Shown one piece after another: positions 9,124-18,346 of a stretch of 44,308 nt of DNA; position 1 is the stretch's first letter, and each line of letters starts with the position of its first letter. The notes under the pieces were generated by a model. That model made no database searches, was not told the DNA's origin, and was given only the letters and a program-made list of their open reading frames with translations. The stretch covers positions 1-44,308 of the forward strand of contig CANRBE010000003.1 in NCBI GenBank assembly GCA_947628785.1. Direction: 5' to 3'. A program made the position numbers and the translations under genes. The stretch comes from an uncultured Bacilli bacterium (GTDB lineage: Bacteria; Bacillota_I; Bacilli_A; RF39; UBA660).

Positions 9124-11280
9124 TTATTTTGGCTCTATTAATGATAAAGAAACTTTATTTTTATCTAAATATATTTCATCAACATAAACATCGACAATAT
9201 CACCAACAGATAAAACTTCACTTGGATGTTTTATAAATTTGTCAGTTAATTTAGATATATGAGCTAGCCCATCATTTTTAATACCAATATCGATAAATAC
9301 CCCAAAATCAACAACATTTCTAACAGTTCCTTGTAATTTCATTCCCACTTTTAAATCTTCTAAATGAAGTATATCACTTTTTAAAAGTGGTTTTGGCATA
9401 TCATCACGTGGATCTCTAGTTGGTGTTTTAAAGGCACTTACAATATCTTCTAAAGTATAAACATCAGTATTTATTTCTTTTGCCATTTTTTCAATATCAA
9501 TATTATCAATAGTCTTTCTTAATTCATCAGTTCCCAAATAAGATATTGGTAAATTTAATTTTTTAAGAAGATTATAAGCAATAGAATAACTTTCAGGATG
9601 AATACTAGTTTGGTCTAATAAATTATCCCCATCAGATATTCTTAAAAATCCGACTGCTTGTTCATAAACTTTATCACTTAATAATTTTTGCCTTAAAATT
9701 TCTTCACGGTTTTTTATTTTACCATATTTTTCTCTAAAGTCAATAATTTTATCAATACTTCTTTTATTCATACCTGATACATATTTAAGCAAAGCTTTAC
9801 TTGCTGTATTGATATTAACTCCTACTTGATTGACTGTTTTACTGACTACAAAATCTAATGACTCAGATAAATTTTTAGCTTGAACATCATGTTGATATAG
9901 ACCAACTCCTATACTTTCTGGTTCAATTTTAACAAGTTCCGCTAATGGATCTTGTAATCTTCTACCAATACTTATAGCACTTCTTTCTTCAACATGTAAA
10001 TTAGGAAATTCTTCTATCGCTAAAGGGGAAGCTGAATAAACTGAAGCCCCAGCTTCACTGACAATAATATATTCTACTTTTCTACTAGCCTCTTTTAAAG
10101 CATCAGCTACAAAAGCTTCGCTTTCCCGACTAGCAGTTCCATTACCTATAGCAATAATATCAACTTTATATTTAGCTATTAAATCAAGTAATATTTTTTT
10201 ACTTTTTTCTTTTTCATTTTTAGGTTCATGAGGATAAATAACTTCAATTTTAAGTAATTTTCCAGTAGCATCTACTACCGCTAATTTACAACCAGTTCGA
10301 TATGCTGGATCAAAACCTAATACAACTTTTTCTTTGATTGGTGGTTGTAATAATAATTTTTCTAAATTGTCACCAAAATTTTTAATAGCTACAACCTCAG
10401 CCTGGTCTTTCAATTCACTTCTTACTTCTCTTTCAACACTTGGAAAAATAAGTCGTTTATAACTATCTTTTATTGCATCTTTCACCTCATTTACTACAAA
10501 TGAGTTATAGTTTTTGATAATTTTATGTTCTAAAAAATCTAATACTTTTTCTGTTTCTATAAAAAGATTTACAGATAAAACATTTTCTTTTTCTCCTCTA
10601 TTCATAGCTAATATACGATGAGGTTTTATCAATCTAATTGGTTCTTCATAATTATAATACATTTCATAAGTTTTACTTTCATCAGTAGCATTTTTCTTTA
10701 GTTTAGACTGAATTAATCCAAAAGAACTTATTTTATTTCTTAACCATTTACGATAAGAAGCATTATCACTTATCCATTCAGCAATTATATATTTAGCCCC
10801 AGTTATCGCTTCATCTAAAGTTTTTATTTTATCTTTGACAAAAGGTTTAGCTAAAGTTTCCATATTTCCATTGATAGGAAAAGACATTATCATTTTAGCT
10901 AGTGGCTCTAATCCATTTTTTATAGCTTCGGTTGCTTTAGTTTTTTTCTTCTCTTTATAAGGTCGATATAAATCTTCTACTTCCACTAACTTAGTACAAT
11001 TTTCTATTTGTTTTTTAATATCATCAGTAAGTAAACCTTTTTCATCAATTAACCGAATAACATCTTCTTTTCTTTTTTGTAAGTTTACTTGATATGCATA
11101 TACTTCTTCTATTTTTCTTATTTGTTCTTCATCTAAGGCATTAGTCATTTCTTTACGATAACGAGCAATAAAAGGGATTGTATTCCCCTCTTCTAATAGT
11201 TTCAAAACAGCTTCTATTTGACTTTTTTTAATTTGTAAATCTTTTTGCATTTCTAAAATAATATTTGCTTCCATATTCAC
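9124..11280 (-). CDS. tex: Tex family RNA-binding transcriptional accessory protein
   Basis: TIPFIARYRKE, GFDPAYRTGCK, SEAGASVYSAS, C-terminal S1 domain. Confidence 0.96.
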   Translation of the reverse strand: MNMEANIILEMQKDLQIKKSQIEAVLKLLEEGNTIPFIARYRKEMTNALDEEQIRKIEEVYAYQVNLQKRKEDVIRLIDEKGLLTDDIKKQIENCTKLVEVEDLYRPYKEKKKTKATEAIKNGLEPLAKMIMSFPINGNMETLAKPFVKDKIKTLDEAITGAKYIIAEWISDNASYRKWLRNKISSFGLIQSKLKKNATDESKTYEMYYNYEEPIRLIKPHRILAMNRGEKENVLSVNLFIETEKVLDFLEHKIIKNYNSFVVNEVKDAIKDSYKRLIFPSVEREVRSELKDQAEVVAIKNFGDNLEKLLLQPPIKEKVVLGFDPAYRTGCKLAVVDATGKLLKIEVIYPHEPKNEKEKSKKILLDLIAKYKVDIIAIGNGTASRESEAFVADALKEASRKVEYIIVSEAGASVYSASPLAIEEFPNLHVEERSAISIGRRLQDPLAELVKIEPESIGVGLYQHDVQAKNLSESLDFVVSKTVNQVGVNINTASKALLKYVSGMNKRSIDKIIDFREKYGKIKNREEILRQKLLSDKVYEQAVGFLRISDGDNLLDQTSIHPESYSIAYNLLKKLNLPISYLGTDELRKTIDNIDIEKMAKEINTDVYTLEDIVSAFKTPTRDPRDDMPKPLLKSDILHLEDLKVGMKLQGTVRNVVDFGVFIDIGIKNDGLAHISKLTDKFIKHPSEVLSVGDIVDVYVDEIYLDKNKVSLSLIEPK

Positions 11281-12167
11281 TCCTCAAAGTATTTAAGTGG
11301 CATATCTATTCCACATTTTTTTCCTGTTATATAAGATAAATCTTTAAATACATCATCCATTTTTTCTATTTTTTCTTTATTATCTAATATTTTATTAGTA
11401 AGTTCTATCATTTCTGTAGCTTTAGCTAAAGCATGAATATATAAATCGATAGCTGAATCATTATGTAATTCATTTCTATCACAAGGATGTTTCCATTCTT
11501 TATGAGTTAAGTTTAAATCTTGATCTAAAACATTATAAAAAGATATATTCCTCAAATCTTTTTTATGGTAAAAAAGATGTAAAAATCTATATATTTGATA
11601 TTTTATACCAATTGGGTCATAACGAAAATTTTTATAATATTTTTTCATTTTTTTAAGACCTAAATCATATTTTAAACCACCATTTTCAATATTGTAAGCT
11701 TCACTAAATACTTCATTTAAAAATTCTATTTCTAATTCATCTAATTTTGTTTCAATAATATTTTCATAAGCTTTCCAAGTTCTAAATTTACCAATTCTAT
11801 TTTCGACAATATATTTAGATAAGTATACTTCTAAACTTTCATATTTATCTATATTATCATTACCACTTTTATAAATAAGATATGGATTTAAATTAGTATC
11901 TAAAGCATAATGGCAGATAAATCCATATAGTAATGCTTTAATATTTTGATTTTTAGTTAGTTTTTTATCTTGGATTTTTTTTATCATTATTTTAAAAAAC
12001 AACAAACTATTTTGATTATGAATTATATTTGGATATTCCTTACATTTTCTAACGTATGAAAAAGGTAATGGTCCATAACTAGATAGTTTCATCATATCTA
12101 TTTTTTTTAATTTACATTTTTCTGCTATATCAGCTGTAAAAAATGAGTATGTTATTATATTTGCCAT
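11277..12167 (-). CDS. Zinc-dependent phospholipase C family-like protein with degenerate metal ligands
   Basis: GFICHYALD core and C-terminal W.HP...SY.TG; several expected His/Asp replaced. Confidence 0.65.
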   Translation of the reverse strand: MANIITYSFFTADIAEKCKLKKIDMMKLSSYGPLPFSYVRKCKEYPNIIHNQNSLLFFKIMIKKIQDKKLTKNQNIKALLYGFICHYALDTNLNPYLIYKSGNDNIDKYESLEVYLSKYIVENRIGKFRTWKAYENIIETKLDELEIEFLNEVFSEAYNIENGGLKYDLGLKKMKKYYKNFRYDPIGIKYQIYRFLHLFYHKKDLRNISFYNVLDQDLNLTHKEWKHPCDRNELHNDSAIDLYIHALAKATEMIELTNKILDNKEKIEKMDDVFKDLSYITGKKCGIDMPLKYFEE

Positions 12168-12171
12168 CTTA

Positions 12172-12459
12172 TCACCTTACTTTTTTTATTTTTTCTGATT
12201 TATTATATTTTTCTAAAGTTTTTACTTTAGCTTCTTCTATTTTTTCCTGACAATTATTTATATATAATAAAAATTCTTGATTATTTTTAAAGATACTTCT
12301 TAAATTAATATAATATAAATAAGCTTTTAAATAAGCATAACTATATATATCTTTTGTTGAAAATTTTTTTATTTTCTCTAATTTGTTATTTAAAATTTGT
12401 CTAATAGCTTCATTAGTTCCATCGGTATATCCACACGCAAACATTATTTCAAAATTCAT
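12172..12459 (-). CDS. Hypothetical protein
   Basis: 95 aa ORF with strong SD GGAGG, in line with dinB. Confidence 0.6.
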   Translation of the reverse strand: MNFEIMFACGYTDGTNEAIRQILNNKLEKIKKFSTKDIYSYAYLKAYLYYINLRSIFKNNQEFLLYINNCQEKIEEAKVKTLEKYNKSEKIKKVR

Positions 12460-12469
12460 AATTTCCTCC

Positions 12470-13678
12470 TTATTTTAAACGTTTGTGAAATAGTTTTTTC
12501 TGATCAGTAGAGGCTTTTTTTATTACTTGACTACCATATTTATCATTTATTTCATCCATTAATTTTTCTAAAACATCGACATTTAAACTGGTATCTTTAT
12601 CAAATAAAGATATTTGTCTTATTTTAGAAGTTGTTAGTTTGTCTAATCTAATTCCAATTAATCTAATAGGTTCATCTTGCCACATTTCAGATAATATTGA
12701 ACAAGCTATTTTATATATTTCTTCATCTGAAGAAGTTGGATTAGCAAGTTTTCTTTGATGATTGTATCTTTTAAAATGGTTATTTTTTAAAGTAACTACT
12801 ACCACATAAGCATATTTATTTTGTTTTCGTATTCTAAGACCAACATGTTCTGATAAAGAAAACAAATAAGGATATAGTTCTTCTTTGGTCATTATATCTT
12901 CTTTTAATGTTATTTCATTACCAATACCTTTTGGTTCTACTTTCCAGTAAACTACTAAACTATCATCAATTCCTCTAGCTTTTTTTATTAATTCTACCCC
13001 TTGATTTTTAAACAGTCTATACATTGTTTTATAGTCAGCATTAGCTAAATCACCAATGGTATTTATTTTGATATTTTTAAGTTTTTCTTTTGTTTTTTTA
13101 CCTACTCCAAATAAGTCACCAACATCTAAAGGATACATTTTAGTTTCTATTTCATTTTGATATAAAGTATGAACATTATCGGGTTTTAAAAAATCAGAAG
13201 CCATTTTAGCACACAATTTATTATTGGCAATTCCAATATTGACTGTAAAGCCTAAGGTATTTTTTATTTCTTCTTTGATTTTATAAGCAAAAGTTATTTC
13301 GTTACCATATAATTTTTTGATATTAGTATAATCTAAAAAACATTCATCAACAGAAAATATTTCTATTTCATTGGTATATTTACTAAGTAAATTAAATAGT
13401 TGTTTAGACATTTTTAAATACCATTCATAGTTAGATGGATATATTTCTAAATTTTTACATTTTTGTTTAGCTGAATATAAGGTATCAGCAGTTTTTATAC
13501 CTAATTTTTTAGCTTTATTACTTTTAGCTAAAACAATACCTTTTCTTTTGCTTTTATCGCCACCAATAACTGCATATCTATCTCTTATATCATAAGGAAA
13601 ACCATTTTTTAATAAATATAAAGCACTCCATGAAAGAAAAGCATTATTAACATCTATGTGTAATATTATTCTATCCAT
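12470..13678 (-). CDS. dinB: DNA polymerase IV (Y family)
   Basis: ILHIDVNNAF, SVDECFLD, NKLCAKMASD..KP, GVGKKT, C-terminal QISLF clamp motif. Confidence 0.93.
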   Translation of the reverse strand: MDRIILHIDVNNAFLSWSALYLLKNGFPYDIRDRYAVIGGDKSKRKGIVLAKSNKAKKLGIKTADTLYSAKQKCKNLEIYPSNYEWYLKMSKQLFNLLSKYTNEIEIFSVDECFLDYTNIKKLYGNEITFAYKIKEEIKNTLGFTVNIGIANNKLCAKMASDFLKPDNVHTLYQNEIETKMYPLDVGDLFGVGKKTKEKLKNIKINTIGDLANADYKTMYRLFKNQGVELIKKARGIDDSLVVYWKVEPKGIGNEITLKEDIMTKEELYPYLFSLSEHVGLRIRKQNKYAYVVVVTLKNNHFKRYNHQRKLANPTSSDEEIYKIACSILSEMWQDEPIRLIGIRLDKLTTSKIRQISLFDKDTSLNVDVLEKLMDEINDKYGSQVIKKASTDQKKLFHKRLK

Positions 13679-13837
13679 GAAATCACCACTTTTAAATGTA
13701 TTCCTTATGTTATTATAACATTCAGTTGAAAAGCTGGCAATAAGTTTTTTGGTTATAATTTAAATTATAATCAAAAAAAATGAATTTGTTTTATTTACAG
13801 ATTCATCTTTTTTATTACCAAAACTAAAATACTTTTT

Positions 13838-14113
13838 TTAAATTGAAAAAATTGAAAAAACAGCTATATTAAGGGTTGTGATAACTACACCTAAAATTAA
13901 CCCAATTATTGCCATTACTAATCCTTGTTCTTTAGTTTTTTGGATTTGAAATAAACTAATTATCGCAAAAATTATTGCGACTATACCAGGAATACAAAAA
14001 ATATTTAATCTTAATGAAGCAATTCCTAAAATTAAGCTAATTAAAGCCATTTTATTAGTTGTTTTCTTTTCATTGATTATTTTTTTTTGACTGTTTTTTA
14101 AAGTATTTTCCAT
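13838..14113 (-). CDS. DUF4190-like small membrane protein
   Basis: MALISLILGI...AIISLFQI.K..EQG..MAIIGLILG. Confidence 0.75.
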   Translation of the reverse strand: MENTLKNSQKKIINEKKTTNKMALISLILGIASLRLNIFCIPGIVAIIFAIISLFQIQKTKEQGLVMAIIGLILGVVITTLNIAVFSIFSI

Positions 14114-14177
14114 GATATTCTCCTTTGTTTAAGTATAATAATAACATAATATTTTAAAATGTCAATACCTTTTAAAC

Positions 14178-14960
14178 TTATGTTTTACTATTTACTAGTT
14201 TAGCTACTACTACTAACCTACCATTTTTTTTACTGTATTCACAAGTTGATAAAGTTATTAATTTATTAGGGTATTCTACTATACTATCATTTTTATATAA
14301 AGATAACTTCTTAATATTATAAACATAAAAATTATATTCATTTTTATTAATAATATTATAAAACTTATAGTACTTAAAAACATTGTCATTTTGATTATAT
14401 ATTTTAGATAAAAAAACAGATATTATTTCATAATTTTCTACTACTTTAGTTGTATATATCGTAATATTTTTATGAGTTTCATAAAAAGACTTATTTTTAT
14501 ATTTAAGTAAATCTTTAAACATAGTTCCATCTTTCATACTATGACCATGAATTATCAAATTAATATCAACAGGTTTTATTTTGTTATGCTTATCAATAAA
14601 AATAGAACCAGCTTGATGATATTTATTATAAAAATCTTTATATAAATAATAGTCACTACCCTCTTTATACATAATTGGATAATTTATTTTAGTACCACTT
14701 ATTTCAATAAAACCATATAAATCTTGATTTATTTTTTTTAGATTTTGAACTTCTTTTATTTTAGGATTAACACTTTTTACATCATTTATAGTATTATTAT
14801 TTGATATAACTGGTTGATGTTTTAAAAGTTTATTATAAACAAAATAAAAAATAATTATAAAAATCATAATAATAAAAACTATTTTATTTATAATTATTTT
14901 TCTTTTTTGACATCTTTCATATTCTTTCAAAGTTTTTATTTTTTTACCCAATTTTATCAC
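14178..14960 (-). CDS. srtB: Class B sortase
   Basis: N-terminal TM, INYPI, IHGHSMKDGTMF, TLSTC catalytic Cys, GRLVV Arg. Confidence 0.88.
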   Translation of the reverse strand: MIKLGKKIKTLKEYERCQKRKIIINKIVFIIMIFIIIFYFVYNKLLKHQPVISNNNTINDVKSVNPKIKEVQNLKKINQDLYGFIEISGTKINYPIMYKEGSDYYLYKDFYNKYHQAGSIFIDKHNKIKPVDINLIIHGHSMKDGTMFKDLLKYKNKSFYETHKNITIYTTKVVENYEIISVFLSKIYNQNDNVFKYYKFYNIINKNEYNFYVYNIKKLSLYKNDSIVEYPNKLITLSTCEYSKKNGRLVVVAKLVNSKT

Positions 14961-14985
14961 ACTACCTTATTTTATATAATGCTTT

Positions 14986-16725
14986 TTACTTCCTTTTTAT
15001 GATTAAGTTTTTTACTTTAGGATTATCTTTTAAAAACTGTAATCCTTTAAACTTTAAATTAGGTAAATATACTTCCTTTAAATAATGATTTTTATATAAA
15101 AAACAATCACCGACTCTTTCTAATTTAGGTAATATTAACTTTTCTAAATCAAAATTTAAAGCTAGAAAAAAATCTCCTACCTTTGTCAAACTAGGTAAAT
15201 ATAATTCATTTAAAATCCCATTTCTTCTTAAAAAAGTATGACCTACCATTTTTAAATTATCACTTCTAAAATAAACTAACGAATTATTAACACTTAAAAA
15301 ATCATCACCTATTTCTTCTAACAAAGAAAAATTAAGTTGTTTTATAGAATTATTGTTATATAAAAATCCATCTTTTACCTTTTTTAACTTAGGTAAATTT
15401 AAATCAGTTATAACTAAATTTGAACATAAAAAATAACTACCAATATATTTTAAATTAGGTAAAGTCAAACTTTTAACTTTAGAAAAAGATAAAAAAGAAT
15501 TAGTAACCTTCTTTAAATTAGGCAAATAAACTTTACTTATTTTATCATTTTGATTAATAAAATGAGAACCCAGTATTTTCAAATTAGGTAAATTTATTTC
15601 TTCTAAATTTCTATTACGATGTAAGAAAAAATTTTTAATTTCCAAAACATTATTTAATTCAATATTAACAAGAACACTATTGTTTCTTAAAAAATAATCA
15701 TCGATTAAATAAATATTATTGTTTTTATAACTAACTATTTTATTTTGATTATTTAAAATAATAACAATATCTTCCTTTTGATTATTAGATATAGTTATTA
15801 CTTTATTTGTTTTATCATTAATTACTTTTATCTTTTCTATATTATTTATACCATCGATAAAACTATCTTTTATTCTACTATCATATATACTTATTTTTTT
15901 ATTAACTAAATCTAATATAAAATAATCCATTAATATATACTTTTCTTTATCATATTTTTTTACTTTAAAATTATCTATAATGATATTATTAGGACAATAA
16001 TAAATATTACCTATTTCATAATTATACTTATAATATCTACCATCACTAGCTTTAATATAACCATCAATTAAAAAATCATCATTAGGAAACTTTTGAACTA
16101 AACCATAATCTCTTTCAAAAGCTTTAGTTAATCCTGGGATGATATTATCTAAATTATTTAAAAAAGTAGCATCAGGATTATCTACCGTATGATTGTATCT
16201 ATTTTTTATTGACAAAGTATGACTTTTATCTTTCGTAAACTGGATACTTATTACACTTGTTCCATATAAATCTTCTCTATTTGGTTTTTTAAAATCACTT
16301 CTTTTTATCTTATCTACATCTTTTTTAACGGCAAAAAAAACATGACATTTACTTAAACGATTATGATTAAAAGTACATAACAATTCACTTTTTTCATAAT
16401 ACTTTTTAAAATTATTTACTTCTTCAGTAGTTTGACAATGATATAAATTATACCCAGCTTCTAAAAGTAATTCTTTAGCTGTCTTATTTGTATAAACTAC
16501 CTTATCATCCTTTTTAACTACTAAACTATTTATATAATTACTAAATTCAACTATTAACCCTTCAGCCATTAAATCATTATACAATTCATGATTAGGATAA
16601 AAATTATTAATAATTAAATTAGATAACAAATTAGGTTGTTCTAAAAGATTAGGAAAAAGTTTTCTACATAATTTACTAAAATTTTCTCCATACTTTTTTT
16701 TGATTATTTTTAAATCACTATTCAT
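14986..16725 (-). CDS. Leucine-rich repeat protein (BspA-like ~22-aa repeats) with an uncharacterised N-terminal domain
   Basis: About 11 C-terminal repeats L.LPNL..IG..FL..N; no signal peptide. Confidence 0.75.
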   Translation of the reverse strand: MNSDLKIIKKKYGENFSKLCRKLFPNLLEQPNLLSNLIINNFYPNHELYNDLMAEGLIVEFSNYINSLVVKKDDKVVYTNKTAKELLLEAGYNLYHCQTTEEVNNFKKYYEKSELLCTFNHNRLSKCHVFFAVKKDVDKIKRSDFKKPNREDLYGTSVISIQFTKDKSHTLSIKNRYNHTVDNPDATFLNNLDNIIPGLTKAFERDYGLVQKFPNDDFLIDGYIKASDGRYYKYNYEIGNIYYCPNNIIIDNFKVKKYDKEKYILMDYFILDLVNKKISIYDSRIKDSFIDGINNIEKIKVINDKTNKVITISNNQKEDIVIILNNQNKIVSYKNNNIYLIDDYFLRNNSVLVNIELNNVLEIKNFFLHRNRNLEEINLPNLKILGSHFINQNDKISKVYLPNLKKVTNSFLSFSKVKSLTLPNLKYIGSYFLCSNLVITDLNLPKLKKVKDGFLYNNNSIKQLNFSLLEEIGDDFLSVNNSLVYFRSDNLKMVGHTFLRRNGILNELYLPSLTKVGDFFLALNFDLEKLILPKLERVGDCFLYKNHYLKEVYLPNLKFKGLQFLKDNPKVKNLIIKRK

Positions 16726-16796
16726 AAATACACCTTTTTACTATCACTTATTATACTTTAAAAATGTCTAAAGTCAAGAAAAAAATAGGATTTCTC

Positions 16797-17444
16797 CTAT
16801 TGATTTTTAAGTTTAAAATTAAAGATAAAACTTATAATAGCTACAATAATAGCACCGATTAATAATACTGAATAAGAAGAACCAGTTTTAGGGGCATCAT
16901 CTTTTTTATTTAATTCATCTTTCGTCCAAATTGTATCACCAGCTTTATTCTCTAAAGTAATACTTTTAGGATATATTTTAATTAATACAGTTTGTTCCAC
17001 TCCTTCCTTCCAAGTAAATACATATTTATAAGTCAAAGCTTCATCTTTTATAGCGGCATCATTTAATTTTTTTTCTGTAATACCAAAATAGTAATTACCA
17101 TCTTCTTCAACATTTTTTTTAGAACCTCCATTTACCGTAAAAGTTGCTTCACTAGCATCACTTGGTTTTGGAACATGAATACCTAGCCATGCGGCATTAT
17201 CTGGTCTTCCTTCATTATTAGAATTTAAATACTTCAAAGTAATCCCATTAGTCTTACCATATTCAACTAAAACAGATTTAGTACCATTATTAGTAATAAC
17301 TACATCTAATTTATCTCCTGTTCCCGATACAACAGAATCACTATTAGAAATATCTTTTATTGTTGAATATTCATCAGCTTTAACATTTTTAGTAAGTAAA
17401 AAACTAGTTACTAAAAAAGTCATTAAAAATACAAATTTTTTCAT
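16797..17444 (-). CDS. Secreted surface protein with APKTG sorting signal
   Basis: Signal peptide (VKA-D); C-terminal APKTG, hydrophobic helix, KLK tail. Confidence 0.7.
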   Translation of the reverse strand: MKKFVFLMTFLVTSFLLTKNVKADEYSTIKDISNSDSVVSGTGDKLDVVITNNGTKSVLVEYGKTNGITLKYLNSNNEGRPDNAAWLGIHVPKPSDASEATFTVNGGSKKNVEEDGNYYFGITEKKLNDAAIKDEALTYKYVFTWKEGVEQTVLIKIYPKSITLENKAGDTIWTKDELNKKDDAPKTGSSYSVLLIGAIIVAIISFIFNFKLKNQ

Positions 17445-17519
17445 TTTTTCACCTCTTTTTAAAACTTATTTAAAAAAAGAGAAAAATAGAACAAAAAAAG
17501 AGAAATTAAATTCCCATAG

Positions 17520-18290
17520 TTAAAGTTTTTTTAAAGTCAAACCTCCCGATATAACAATTCCTTCTCCTGTTATATAAGAGGAATCATCACTAGCTAAAAA
17601 AACAGAAAGGGCTCCAACTTCTAAAGCATCACCTAATCTTTTCATCGGTATAGCTTTACTAATTCCATCAATTACTGCACTTGGATTAGTTGGATTAGAT
17701 AACTTAGCCATATTTTCAACCATTGGTGTATAAATATATCCTGGCAATATTGCATTTACTCTAATTCTAGAACTAGCAAGTTCAACCGCTAAAGATTTAG
17801 TTAATCCTAATAATGCAGCTTTAGTCATAGCGTAAGCTACCTCACCACTATCTGAAACACTTACACCTGTTACACTTGATAAATTAATAATACTACCACC
17901 TTTTTCTTTTAAATAAGGTAGACAAGCTTTTGTAACATTCCAAGTACCTTTGATATTAATATCAATATGAAAATCTCTAACTTCATCGGTCATAAGTTGG
18001 AAGGGTTCTAACTTACATACTCCAGCATTATTAACTAAAATATCAATATGACCATATTTTTCTTTAACTTGATTAACACAAGCATTAATCATTTGTTCAT
18101 TTCTAATATCTACTTGATAAGCTAAAACATCAATACCTTGGTTTTTAAATTCACTTACTACTTCAGGTAAAGTATTTGAATAATCTAATATAACAACATT
18201 TGCTCCTTCATTTACAAAAGATTTTACTATACCAAGTCCATTACCCATAGCTCCCCCTGTTACAATCGCAACTTTTCCTTGTAATTTCAT
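17520..18290 (-). CDS. ucpA: SDR family oxidoreductase (UcpA-like)
   Basis: TGGAMGNG, NNAG, SSV, YAMTK; start moved to ATG 18290 after GAAAGGA. Confidence 0.75.
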   Translation of the reverse strand: MKLQGKVAIVTGGAMGNGLGIVKSFVNEGANVVILDYSNTLPEVVSEFKNQGIDVLAYQVDIRNEQMINACVNQVKEKYGHIDILVNNAGVCKLEPFQLMTDEVRDFHIDINIKGTWNVTKACLPYLKEKGGSIINLSSVTGVSVSDSGEVAYAMTKAALLGLTKSLAVELASSRIRVNAILPGYIYTPMVENMAKLSNPTNPSAVIDGISKAIPMKRLGDALEVGALSVFLASDDSSYITGEGIVISGGLTLKKL

Positions 18291-18346
18291 AAATTTATCC
18301 TTTCTACTTTTTATTATAACTTTTTTTAGTAAAACCATGTATTAAT

